Of a stretch of DNA of 64,000 nt, positions 44,962 to 56,243 are shown one piece after another. The notes beneath the pieces are model-generated. The model had not been told where the DNA came from. It saw nothing but the letters and a program-made list of their open reading frames with translations, and ran no database searches. Source of the stretch: Escherichia coli. GTDB lineage: Bacteria > Pseudomonadota > Gammaproteobacteria > Enterobacterales > Enterobacteriaceae. Location of the stretch: NCBI RefSeq assembly GCF_016026235.1, contig NZ_CP065613.1; one strand, given 5' to 3'. The translations under genes were made by a program, and so were the position numbers. Every line of letters starts with the position of its first letter. Position 1 is the stretch's first letter.

Positions 44962-45786
44962 CTATAATCTTATTCCTTCCGCAGAACGGTCAGTGCCGTA
45001 AAAATTTCCTTGCGCAACAATACTTGCCGCCGAGTCACGGTTCGGCAATCCCTGCGCCGATCGCTCCTGATACTCTGTGGGCGTCATCCCATAATAATTT
45101 CGAAAGACGTAAATGAAATACGACACGCTGTGATATCCACAGGACACTGCGACTCGCTTAATTGAAAAGCCATGTATAACAATAAGTTGCAAAGCACGTT
45201 GCATTCTACACTCAGTAAGCAACTGTGAATATGATGTCTCTTCTTCGCGCAATTTTTTCTTTAACAGGCTTGGACTCATCAACAGCTCGCTGGCGATTCG
45301 GGCTAGTGTCCACTCATGGGCGATATTATTATTGATAACCGTACAAACTCTTGTTCGCATGTTCGGTTGCAAAACGTTCAAAAGCAGCGGTATAAAGTGC
45401 TCATCCTCAAGAAAAACAGATAACAACGCAAAGATTAATGCTCTTTTACGTAGCATTTCTGCATAGCGAAGATTCTTATTCTGCGATAGTTGCGCAACTT
45501 CCTGAAAAACAGGAATATCTCTGCTACAGTGATGAACGAGTAATGAAGAAATTTTTTTATGTGCATGAAGATTTAATGCCTCCTCCTTGAGCATCGGCAG
45601 AAATAATGAAAGCGTATCCCTTGATACTAATACAAAATTTTCAACACACTTATCTACTCGAATTTGGCTTGCATCCGCAAAAACCAGGTCACCGCCATTA
45701 AAATAGCGATATTCACCATTAACCATGGTGAGAATATATTTATGTCTTGCGTACGCAATTAGACAATTCCCATGTAATGATTGCAT
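44962..45786 (-). CDS. gadX: AraC-family regulator GadX, 274 aa
   Basis: ORF track 274 aa; AraC HTH in C-terminus. Confidence 0.92.
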   Translation of the reverse strand: MQSLHGNCLIAYARHKYILTMVNGEYRYFNGGDLVFADASQIRVDKCVENFVLVSRDTLSLFLPMLKEEALNLHAHKKISSLLVHHCSRDIPVFQEVAQLSQNKNLRYAEMLRKRALIFALLSVFLEDEHFIPLLLNVLQPNMRTRVCTVINNNIAHEWTLARIASELLMSPSLLKKKLREEETSYSQLLTECRMQRALQLIVIHGFSIKRVAVSCGYHSVSYFIYVFRNYYGMTPTEYQERSAQGLPNRDSAASIVAQGNFYGTDRSAEGIRL

Positions 45787-46095
45787 AGTTGACTTAATAT
45801 TACATAAACATATTACTGTTAATTAATGTAGCACGCCGCCCTCTTAAGTCAAATTGATTGATAAATAAATTTAAACGAAGCGGGAGAACAGGATGATAAT
45901 GTGTGATGTTCTACGGGCAGGATGACTGGATTTATAATACAAAAACGTGTTTAAGAACGCAGTGAAATTAATAGCAAGCAAATAATCCCTTTTCGTGACA
46001 TTAAAGGCAATCGCTACATTTAATAAACATTCATATAACATATATCTTATCAACACGATGAATAGACAGCCAATATATTATTGCGATTAATAAGC

Positions 46096-46145
46096 AACCG
46101 AATGCCCAGCTGTTTTTTTAAAGGCTGGGCATTCGGTTTTTACAA
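46096..46145. terminator. Hairpin downstream of gadA
   Basis: aaccgaatgcccagc...gctgggcattcggttttt. Confidence 0.55.
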
Positions 46146-46155
46146 CGTTATGTTA

Positions 46156-47556
46156 TCAGGTGTGTTTAAAGCTGTTCTGCTGGGCAATACCCTGCAGTTT
46201 CGGGTGATCGCTGAGATATTTCAGGGAGGCTTTGTAGTCTTCCAGCAACAGTTCAGCAAAGTCCATTTCGAAGCCGCGACGACACATAATGCGCATCACC
46301 ACGATGTCGGTGGCTTCACCGCCGAGAGTGAAGGCCGGAACCTGCCAGCCGCGCAGACGCAGACGTTCAGAGAGGTCGTACAGGGTGTATCCCGGATCTT
46401 CACCATCTTTCAGTTTGAAGCAAACCGCCGGGATGCCTTCGTCCGGGCGACCCGTACAGATGAACTCATACGGCCCCAGTTTGGCGATTTCATCCGCCAG
46501 ATAAGCGGCAACCTGGTAAGAGGCGTTCTGTACTTTGGTGTAGCCTTCACGACCGAGGCGCAGGAATTCATAGTACTGTGCAATTACCTGATCCGCCGGG
46601 CGGGAGAAGTTGATGGCAAAAGTACCAATTTGACCACCCAGGTAGTCAACGTTGAACACCAGTTCCTGCGGCAGCGCTTCTTCGTCACGCCAGATAACCC
46701 AGCCGCAGCCCAGCGGAGCCAGACCGAATTTATGGCCTGAAGCACTGATCGATTTCACACGCGGCAGGCGGAAGTCCCAGACGATATCCGGGGCGACGAA
46801 CGGTGCCAGGAAGCCACCGCTGGCAGCGTCGATGTGCATGTCGATGTCGATACCGGTGTCGGCCTGGAATTTATCCAGCGCATCGTGCAGCGGTTGTGGG
46901 AACTCATAGTTACCGGTGTAGGTCACGCCGAAAGTCGGCACCACGCCGATGGTGTTTTCGTCACAGGCTTCAATCATGCGTTTCGGGTCCATAAACAACT
47001 GACCGGGGCGCATAGGGATCTCACGCAGCTCCACATCCCAGTAGCGGGCGAATTTATGCCAGCAGATTTGTACCGGACCGCACACCAGGTTTGGTTTATC
47101 CGTTGGTTTGCCTGCAGCTTCCATACGCTTGCGCCAACGCCATTTCATCGCCATCCCGCCGAGCATACAGGCCTCGGAAGAACCAATGGTGTTGGTGCCA
47201 ACGGCCTGACCATTTTTCGGCGCAGGCGCATGCCACAGATCGGCAACCATATTTACGCAACGCAGGTCGATGGCTGCGGATTGCGGATATTCTTCTTTGT
47301 CGATCCAGTTTTTATTGATCGACAAATCCATCAATTTATGGACGTTTTCGTCGTCCCAGGTCTGGCAGAAAGTGGCCAGGTTCTGACGAGCGTTGCCATC
47401 AAGATATAATTCATCATTGATAATCTGGAATGCGACATCATCGCGCATTTCGTGCAGCGGAAATCGTTTTGACTCCGCGATAGTAGAAATGGCCTTTGCG
47501 CCAAAACGTGAATCGAGTAGTTCTGAGCGGAAATCCGTTAACAGCTTCTGGTCCAT
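46156..47556 (-). CDS. gadA: Glutamate decarboxylase alpha (PLP-dependent), 466 aa
   Basis: Track ORF trimmed to [19 protein letters not shown]... with AAGGAG RBS; PLP-lysine region [10 protein letters not shown]. Confidence 0.95.
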   Translation of the reverse strand: MDQKLLTDFRSELLDSRFGAKAISTIAESKRFPLHEMRDDVAFQIINDELYLDGNARQNLATFCQTWDDENVHKLMDLSINKNWIDKEEYPQSAAIDLRCVNMVADLWHAPAPKNGQAVGTNTIGSSEACMLGGMAMKWRWRKRMEAAGKPTDKPNLVCGPVQICWHKFARYWDVELREIPMRPGQLFMDPKRMIEACDENTIGVVPTFGVTYTGNYEFPQPLHDALDKFQADTGIDIDMHIDAASGGFLAPFVAPDIVWDFRLPRVKSISASGHKFGLAPLGCGWVIWRDEEALPQELVFNVDYLGGQIGTFAINFSRPADQVIAQYYEFLRLGREGYTKVQNASYQVAAYLADEIAKLGPYEFICTGRPDEGIPAVCFKLKDGEDPGYTLYDLSERLRLRGWQVPAFTLGGEATDIVVMRIMCRRGFEMDFAELLLEDYKASLKYLSDHPKLQGIAQQNSFKHT

Positions 47557-47634
47557 TTCGAACTCCTTAAATTTATTTGAAGGCAATAAAAAGTAGGATT
47601 TATCCGCAATGGAAGCAAGGCATTACAGGCTTAA

Positions 47635-47654
47635 TTTAAATAACAAAATCCTAA
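47635..47654 (-). promoter_or_regulatory. GAD box (GadE/GadX binding site) upstream of gadA
   Basis: Minus-strand TTAGGATTTTGTTATTTAAA read directly, ~80 bp upstream of gadA start. Confidence 0.75.
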
Positions 47655-47721
47655 GCAGAAAAACGACTTTTTATAATATAAACATTTAACATGATAATAT
47701 TAAAAACAGACTTTATTATCG

Positions 47722-47757
47722 TAATAAAAATCGCCCAAACATTCCTGTTCGGGCGAT
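47722..47757 (-). terminator. Rho-independent terminator after yhjA
   Basis: Hairpin tcgcccaaacattcctgttcgggcga with T-run on the minus strand. Confidence 0.6.
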
Positions 47758-47765
47758 CAAATTAA

Positions 47766-49163
47766 TTATTGTTTATCCTGCATATACGGCGTGTACACCC
47801 CGTTCAGACTGTGCAGGAAAGCTACGATATCATCCACATCCTCCTGCGGCAGCTCTTTGCCTACCTGATAGCGCAGCATCAGTTTCACCGCCCCGTCCAG
47901 CGTCGGCACGTCACCGCGATGGAAGTACGGTGCCGTTAAAGCAACGTTACGTAAACCGGGTACTTTCTGACGCAATTTATCACGCTCTTCTTTAGTCACA
48001 TTCATACGACCAATATCCGCCGCCGTAATTTCCCCAAAGTTAAAGTCTTTTTTCAGCCCCAACGGTTCAAAGGAACGTCCACCGAGAATAATACCACCAT
48101 GACAAGTTGCACATTTATTATCTTTAAATAATTGATAGCCTTTTTTCTGTTGCGCCGTCAGCGCATTTTCATCTCCACGCAACCATTTATCAAATGGGGA
48201 ATCCGGCGTAATTAATGTTTTCTCAAATTCAGCAATGGCATCAGTAATATTTTCGCCACTGAAACCTTGCGGATAGACGCCGAGGAACTGCGCTTTAAGC
48301 TGCGGATCTTTTTCCAGCTTAGCAATAATTTCGTCCCAGGATTTCGACGCCATTTCAATCGGGTTCAACGGCGGTCCACCAGCCTGATCCTGCAATGTTG
48401 CCGCACGACCATCCCAGAACTGCTCAACGTTAAATACTGAGTTAAATACCGTCGGCGCGTTAATCGGCCCAACTGCGCCACCAACACCAATCGATGTTTT
48501 TCTGCCATCGACGCCCCCCGCATTCAACGCATGGCAATGAGCGCATGAAATGGTGCTATCAGCCGATAAACGGGGATCGTGATACAGCGCAAAGCCCAAC
48601 GCCACTTTTTGCGCATCGGTAGGCAGTTTTTGCGGGATGGGCTGCACCGGTTCATTGCGATGCTCCGGAGCAGTATCATTGCTGGCGTAATATTCCGCGC
48701 GCTGTTTTGCAATCCAGGCCAGTATTTCCGCCCGCTCTTCATCACTCACCTTACCCGCCCAGTGTAGCGCGGTATAACGCGTTGGTGGCATAGTTTCATA
48801 CTGCATCACCCATTCAATCTTATTCAGATCGCTTTGCGAAACGGGTTTATCAGCCAGCAGTGCCGCACGCACGGCCTCGAGGTTAAAAGATTTATATCCA
48901 AGCTTAATGTCGTAATCCATCAACTGTTTCGCGCCAGGAATATAATAATAGGCGGGTAATTCTGCCGAAGGCGTGTGGCAATAGTCGCATCCTTTTTCGC
49001 GGAGAAAGCCTAAAACCTTATTATTTTCACTGACAGCAGATGCCTGAACATCGGCCTGTTTACTGCGTTTATTATCGTGGTACCACACATAACCAGATAA
49101 CCCTAAATAGCAAATCGCGACGCCAGCCAGGCCGATCGCGGTAATACGTGAGACCATTTTCAT
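47766..49163 (-). CDS. yhjA: Cytochrome c peroxidase-family tri-haem protein YhjA, 465 aa
   Basis: ORF track 465 aa; three CxxCH haem motifs (CDYCH, CAHCH, CATCH); N-terminal anchor. Confidence 0.92.
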   Translation of the reverse strand: MKMVSRITAIGLAGVAICYLGLSGYVWYHDNKRSKQADVQASAVSENNKVLGFLREKGCDYCHTPSAELPAYYYIPGAKQLMDYDIKLGYKSFNLEAVRAALLADKPVSQSDLNKIEWVMQYETMPPTRYTALHWAGKVSDEERAEILAWIAKQRAEYYASNDTAPEHRNEPVQPIPQKLPTDAQKVALGFALYHDPRLSADSTISCAHCHALNAGGVDGRKTSIGVGGAVGPINAPTVFNSVFNVEQFWDGRAATLQDQAGGPPLNPIEMASKSWDEIIAKLEKDPQLKAQFLGVYPQGFSGENITDAIAEFEKTLITPDSPFDKWLRGDENALTAQQKKGYQLFKDNKCATCHGGIILGGRSFEPLGLKKDFNFGEITAADIGRMNVTKEERDKLRQKVPGLRNVALTAPYFHRGDVPTLDGAVKLMLRYQVGKELPQEDVDDIVAFLHSLNGVYTPYMQDKQ

Positions 49164-49537
49164 TATTCTTCCCTCACGGTGGTGAGTTATTGTGACCCAG
49201 AAAATTTTCCAGAATGCTGCAAACGTCTCTGCGAGACAAAGCCATCATAAAAAACAGTGAGATACGCTTTTTGATAGGAATCAATCAATTACATGAATAT
49301 AAACTATCAATAAGATAGCCTGTGCCTATTACCCAGATCAGGAATGGCATATCATGATTGCGGCGAGAGCAGGATTGAATGTTCTGAAAATGAAAAACAA
49401 CACGAAATCCGTATTTTTATAAATTCCATGGATATTAGTGCGTTATATTTTTTGACAGGTTAATAAACGTGATCCACCGCACGCTTTGTCGCCCACCAGG
49501 CGGAGCGAATGACTACCCTTAAAGAAAAGCCCGATAA

Positions 49538-51217
<1,680 letters not shown>

Positions 51218-51224
51218 TATTTTT

Positions 51225-51258
51225 ACAGCCAGCCGCTAACTTCCTGCTGGCTGTAAAA
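51225..51258. terminator. Bidirectional hairpin between convergent treF and yhjB
   Basis: acagccagccgctaacttcctgctggctgtaaaatt. Confidence 0.65.
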
Positions 51259-51267
51259 TTATCCTCT

Positions 51268-51870
51268 TCAGGAGGAGATATTTAACATCATTGCCGCCTG
51301 GGTGCGATTTTTCACTTCCAGACGGCGATACAGGGATTCCAGATGCGCTTTTACCGTTCCGGTACTGATATTCAGCGCTCTGCCGATCTCCTTATTTGAT
51401 TCGCCCGCCGCTAACATGGTTAAAATCTCCCGCTGGCGGGCGCTTAACGATTTGAGATCTTTAATGTCCTTTTCCGGCGTCGTCCGCCAGTCTCTAGGCA
51501 GAAACATCATCCCCATCGCCGCACTATTTACCGCCAACGCAAATGTCTCGACGGTTGAATCACGAGGCACAATGGCCAGCACATTAAAATGGATAACTTC
51601 CTGTAACCACCGTTTATTGCAATCCGTCGCCGTGATTAACACCTTAACCTCAGGAAACTGCACCACGGTTTTTTGCAGCAACCAGTAGCAAAACTCACCA
51701 TCCTGATCGCCATCGAGCATAACTAAGGCTTCAGGGTAACTTTCCAGCTTTTGCCATAACTCGTCTGCCTGACTGGCCCCCTGAATACTCACTCCTGGAA
51801 TACGCTGCTGTAAACTGATTTTCATTCCATGAATAAATATTGACTGCCTGTCAAACATGACTATTTGCAT
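51268..51870 (-). CDS. yhjB: LuxR-family response-regulator-like transcription factor YhjB, 200 aa
   Basis: ORF track 200 aa; C-terminal LuxR HTH (LSARQREILTMLAAGESNKEIG). Confidence 0.9.
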   Translation of the reverse strand: MQIVMFDRQSIFIHGMKISLQQRIPGVSIQGASQADELWQKLESYPEALVMLDGDQDGEFCYWLLQKTVVQFPEVKVLITATDCNKRWLQEVIHFNVLAIVPRDSTVETFALAVNSAAMGMMFLPRDWRTTPEKDIKDLKSLSARQREILTMLAAGESNKEIGRALNISTGTVKAHLESLYRRLEVKNRTQAAMMLNISS

Positions 51871-52389
51871 AACTGAATCTCCACCTGAATACGTTAAAAA
51901 GACTTAAGTAGTGGAAGGGTATTACCCGCGAGAAAAAATAAGAATTCGCCATTTGGCGGTGGCCATTCTACAGAGATGACGCGTAGAAAATAGTTACCGA
52001 TATAAATAGTTACAGCTAAACGCCTGAAATTACATGTCGAGGGCACTATTTAAAACAATTTTGAGGATTTCCTTATATTGGTGGTTAGTACGCATGCAAT
52101 TAAAAATGAAACTCCGCGACCACAAGCAAAAATAACAAACGGCAATGAGACAAAAATAAGCACAAATAGCCAACACGTCCTCTATTCACTTTAAAGGGAA
52201 TCGCTGAAAAATACGCTCTGTTTAGGGGGATTCACCTTTCTCAGAAAGCTATTCCGCCCTTTTCCTGCTGAGAAATCGCCACATTCGTCATGACAACATT
52301 GTGAAACCCGGCATTAGATGTTAGAAAAAACAATAAACAATGCGATATGCGCGTTACTGTTTCGCTGTGAACAACAATCGGTCAAAGAA

Positions 52390-53265
52390 ATGGATAAAAT
52401 TCACGCAATGCAGTTGTTCATCAAAGTCGCGGAGCTGGAAAGTTTTTCCCGCGCGGCGGATTTCTTTGCTTTGCCAAAAGGAAGTGTTTCGCGCCAGATA
52501 CAGGCACTGGAACATCAACTTGGCACCCAGCTTCTCCAGCGCACCACGCGACGGGTCAAACTCACGCCAGAAGGCATGACCTATTATCAACGAGCAAAAG
52601 ATGTGTTGAGTAATCTCAGCGAACTGGACGGTCTGTTTCAACAGGATGCCACCAGTATCAGCGGTAAATTACGCATCGACATCCCGCCAGGAATCGCGAA
52701 AAGCCTGTTACTGCCGCGCCTGTCGGAATTTCTCTATCTGCATCCGGGAATTGAGCTGGAACTGAGTAGCCATGACCGTCCGGTAGATATTCTTCATGAT
52801 GGTTTTGATTGCGTGATACGCACTGGCGCGTTACCGGAAGATGGCGTTATCGCCCGTCCCCTCGGCAAACTGACCATGGTCAACTGTGCCAGTCCGCACT
52901 ATCTGACGCGCTTTGGTTATCCGCAAAGCCCCGATGATCTGACTTCACACGCAATAGTGCGTTATACACCGCACCTGGGTGTACATCCGTTAGGTTTTGA
53001 GGTTGCCAGCGTTAATGGCGTCCAGTGGTTTAAGTCTGGCGGCATGTTGACGGTAAACAGTAGCGAAAACTATCTCGCCGCCGGTCTTGCCGGTCTGGGG
53101 ATTATTCAGATCCCGCGCATTGCCGTGCGCGAAGCCCTGCGTGCCGGGCGGCTTATTGAAGTGTTGCCAGGCTACCGTGCCGAGCCGCTCTCCCTTTCGC
53201 TGGTTTACCCGCAGCGTCGGGAGCTTTCCCGGCGTGTAAACCTGTTTATGCAGTGGCTGGCGTAA
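52390..53265 (+). CDS. yhjC: LysR-family transcriptional regulator YhjC, ~291 aa from ATG at 52390 (track allows an upstream start at 52318)
   Basis: N-terminal LysR HTH MDKIHAMQLFIKVAELESFSRAADFFALPKGSVSRQIQALE; start choice uncertain. Confidence 0.85.
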   Translation: MDKIHAMQLFIKVAELESFSRAADFFALPKGSVSRQIQALEHQLGTQLLQRTTRRVKLTPEGMTYYQRAKDVLSNLSELDGLFQQDATSISGKLRIDIPPGIAKSLLLPRLSEFLYLHPGIELELSSHDRPVDILHDGFDCVIRTGALPEDGVIARPLGKLTMVNCASPHYLTRFGYPQSPDDLTSHAIVRYTPHLGVHPLGFEVASVNGVQWFKSGGMLTVNSSENYLAAGLAGLGIIQIPRIAVREALRAGRLIEVLPGYRAEPLSLSLVYPQRRELSRRVNLFMQWLA

Positions 53266-53333
53266 TGAAAGAGCACCTGGACTGACCGACTATACTTTTT
53301 AAGAATGACCACGACAGAAGGACAAAAGAGCGG

Positions 53334-54347
53334 ATGACGCAGGAAAACGAGATCAAACGTCCCACCCAGGATCTGGAGCACGAGCCGATTAAGCAGTTGG
53401 ATAATAGCGAGAAAGGCGGCAAAGTTAGCCAGGCGCTGGAAACCGTCACCACCACTGCCGAAAAAGTCCAACGCCAACCGGTTATTGCGCACCTGATTCG
53501 TGCGACAGAACGCTTTAACGATCGGCTGGGTAACCAGTTTGGTGCGGCTATCACCTATTTCTCATTTTTGTCGATGATCCCGATTTTGATGGTGTCGTTT
53601 GCCGCAGGGGGCTTTGTGCTGGCCTCCCATCCGATGTTGCTACAGGATATCTTCGACAAAATTCTGCAAAACATCAGCGATCCGACGCTAGCCGCCACGT
53701 TGAAAAACACCATCAACACCGCCGTTCAGCAGCGTACGACTGTAGGGCTTGTCGGCCTGGCGGTGGCACTTTATTCCGGCATCAACTGGATGGGTAACCT
53801 GCGTGAAGCGATTCGTGCCCAGTCGCGCGATGTCTGGGAACGCTCGCCGCAAGATCAGGAGAAGTTCTGGGTAAAATATCTGCGTGATTTTATTTCGCTG
53901 ATTGGTTTGTTGATTGCGCTGATTGTAACGCTTTCGATCACCTCGGTTGCCGGTTCGGCGCAGCAAATGATTATTAGCGCCCTGCACCTGAACAGCATTG
54001 AGTGGCTGAAACCGACGTGGCGGTTGATTGGCCTGGCGATTTCCATCTTCGCCAACTATCTGCTTTTCTTCTGGATCTTCTGGCGGTTACCGCGCCACCG
54101 TCCGCGCAAAAAAGCCCTGATTCGCGGAACATTTCTGGCTGCTATTGGTTTTGAAGTGATTAAAATCGTGATGACCTACACCCTGCCATCGCTGATGAAA
54201 TCCCCCTCTGGCGCAGCATTTGGTTCCGTGCTGGGGCTGATGGCATTTTTCTACTTCTTCGCCCGTTTGACGCTGTTTTGCGCGGCGTGGATTGCCACCG
54301 CCGAATATAAAGACGACCCGCGAATGCCGGGGAAAACACAGCCTTAA
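53334..54347 (+). CDS. yhjD: Inner membrane protein YhjD (YihY/BrkB family), 337 aa
   Basis: ORF track 337 aa, polytopic. Confidence 0.9.
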   Translation: MTQENEIKRPTQDLEHEPIKQLDNSEKGGKVSQALETVTTTAEKVQRQPVIAHLIRATERFNDRLGNQFGAAITYFSFLSMIPILMVSFAAGGFVLASHPMLLQDIFDKILQNISDPTLAATLKNTINTAVQQRTTVGLVGLAVALYSGINWMGNLREAIRAQSRDVWERSPQDQEKFWVKYLRDFISLIGLLIALIVTLSITSVAGSAQQMIISALHLNSIEWLKPTWRLIGLAISIFANYLLFFWIFWRLPRHRPRKKALIRGTFLAAIGFEVIKIVMTYTLPSLMKSPSGAAFGSVLGLMAFFYFFARLTLFCAAWIATAEYKDDPRMPGKTQP

Positions 54348-54349
54348 AA

Positions 54350-54440
54350 CAGGCCGGATGCGGCGTACGAATTTATTCGGCCTGGCTCCCCGTAGGCCGG
54401 ATAAGATGCGCCAGCATCGCATCCGGCTATAATGCGCACA
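54350..54440. repeat. REP element pair between yhjD and yhjE
   Basis: gccggatgcggcgtacgaatttattcggcctg...gtaggccggataagatgcgccagcatcgcatccggc. Confidence 0.75.
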
Positions 54441-54739
54441 TAACCTCTTGAAACTCTTCCCCAGAGCCTCTTCAGCCATCTATTTGGGAGCAAACAATTT
54501 CATTCCAACTCATAACCCCAGCATATAAATCCAGTTGGTAACTTTTATTTAACCTGAAACCAGTTTTATCCACCATTTATAAAATTATGTGAAGCATTTC
54601 ATAGAAGAAAAATCACTGGCCTAAACATTATCCCCTTTTTGCCTTATTTTTGACCATTTCCGCGATTTGTTACACATTGAAATATCACTTTTGCTGTGCG
54701 TAATATGGCTATTCGTTAGCCAAAAAATAAGAAAAGATT

Positions 54740-56062
54740 ATGCAAGCAACAGCCACAACACTCGACCACGAGCAAGAATACACGCCGATCAACTCGCGTA
54801 ATAAAGTCCTTGTCGCCTCTCTCATTGGCACGGCCATTGAGTTCTTCGACTTTTATATTTACGCCACTGCGGCCGTTATTGTATTTCCGCATATCTTCTT
54901 CCCGCAGGGCGATCCTACGGCAGCAACGCTACAGTCGCTCGCCACCTTCGCCATCGCCTTCGTCGCGCGCCCCATTGGCTCTGCCGTATTTGGTCATTTT
55001 GGCGATCGCGTTGGGCGTAAAGCGACGCTGGTCGCCTCGTTGCTAACGATGGGGATTTCGACCGTGGTGATTGGTCTGCTGCCGGGCTATGCCACGATTG
55101 GTATTTTCGCCCCGCTGCTGCTGGCGCTGGCTCGATTTGGTCAGGGTCTGGGCTTAGGCGGTGAATGGGGCGGCGCGGCGCTGCTGGCGACTGAAAACGC
55201 CCCCCCGCGCAAACGTGCACTGTATGGCTCCTTCCCACAGCTGGGCGCACCGATTGGCTTCTTCTTTGCCAACGGCACTTTCTTGCTGCTTTCCTGGCTA
55301 CTGACCGACGAGCAGTTTATGAGCTGGGGCTGGCGTGTGCCATTTATCTTCTCGGCGGTGCTGGTCATTATCGGCCTGTATGTTCGCGTGTCGCTGCATG
55401 AGTCGCCGGTGTTTGAGAAAGTCGCTAAAGCGAAAAAACAGGTGAAGATCCCGCTGGGTACGCTGCTAACCAAACATGTTCGCGTAACCGTACTGGGTAC
55501 GTTCATTATGCTGGCAACCTATACGCTGTTTTACATCATGACGGTCTACTCTATGACCTTCAGTACCGCCGCCGCGCCAGTTGGGCTTGGCCTGCCGCGT
55601 AACGAAGTGTTGTGGATGCTGATGATGGCAGTTATTGGTTTTGGCGTGATGGTGCCAGTCGCCGGATTACTGGCTGATGCCTTTGGTCGCCGTAAAAGCA
55701 TGGTAATTATCACCACGCTGATCATCCTGTTCGCGCTGTTCGCCTTTAACCCGCTGCTCGGTTCTGGCAACCCGATTCTGGTTTTTGCCTTCCTGCTGCT
55801 GGGGTTAAGTCTGATGGGGCTGACCTTCGGGCCGATGGGCGCGCTGTTACCAGAGCTGTTCCCAACAGAAGTGCGTTACACCGGAGCATCGTTCTCTTAC
55901 AACGTAGCGTCGATTCTCGGGGCTTCCGTTGCGCCATATATCGCAGCCTGGTTGCAGACTAACTACGGGCTAGGTGCGGTGGGGTTATATCTGGCGGCGA
56001 TGGCTGGCTTGACGTTAATCGCCCTGCTGCTGACCCATGAGACGCGACATCAGTCGTTGTAA
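54740..56062 (+). CDS. yhjE: MFS transporter YhjE, 440 aa
   Basis: ORF track 440 aa, 12-TM-like, MFS motif GHFGDRVGRK. Confidence 0.92.
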   Translation: MQATATTLDHEQEYTPINSRNKVLVASLIGTAIEFFDFYIYATAAVIVFPHIFFPQGDPTAATLQSLATFAIAFVARPIGSAVFGHFGDRVGRKATLVASLLTMGISTVVIGLLPGYATIGIFAPLLLALARFGQGLGLGGEWGGAALLATENAPPRKRALYGSFPQLGAPIGFFFANGTFLLLSWLLTDEQFMSWGWRVPFIFSAVLVIIGLYVRVSLHESPVFEKVAKAKKQVKIPLGTLLTKHVRVTVLGTFIMLATYTLFYIMTVYSMTFSTAAAPVGLGLPRNEVLWMLMMAVIGFGVMVPVAGLLADAFGRRKSMVIITTLIILFALFAFNPLLGSGNPILVFAFLLLGLSLMGLTFGPMGALLPELFPTEVRYTGASFSYNVASILGASVAPYIAAWLQTNYGLGAVGLYLAAMAGLTLIALLLTHETRHQSL

Positions 56063-56075
56063 TAAGAGTGAAAAG

Positions 56076-56240
56076 CCTGATGCGCTACGCTTATCAGGCC
56101 TGAATTTCCATACAATATATTGAATTCGCAAGGATTTGTAGGCCGGATAAGGCGTTCACGCCGCATCCGGCATGAACAAAGCACACTTTGCCAACAATCT
56201 AAATCTGTTTAATTGCCGGATGTCAGACATCCGGCAATTA
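56076..56240. repeat. REP element cluster (at least three palindromic units) between yhjE and yhjG
   Basis: gcctgatgcgctacgcttatcaggcctg, gtaggccggataaggcgttcacgccgcatccggc, gccggatgtcagacatccggc. Confidence 0.75.
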
Positions 56241-56243
56241 TCT

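Noticed and set aside
46081..47409. 219-aa and 191-aa plus-strand ORFs
   Set aside because: Antisense to gadA.
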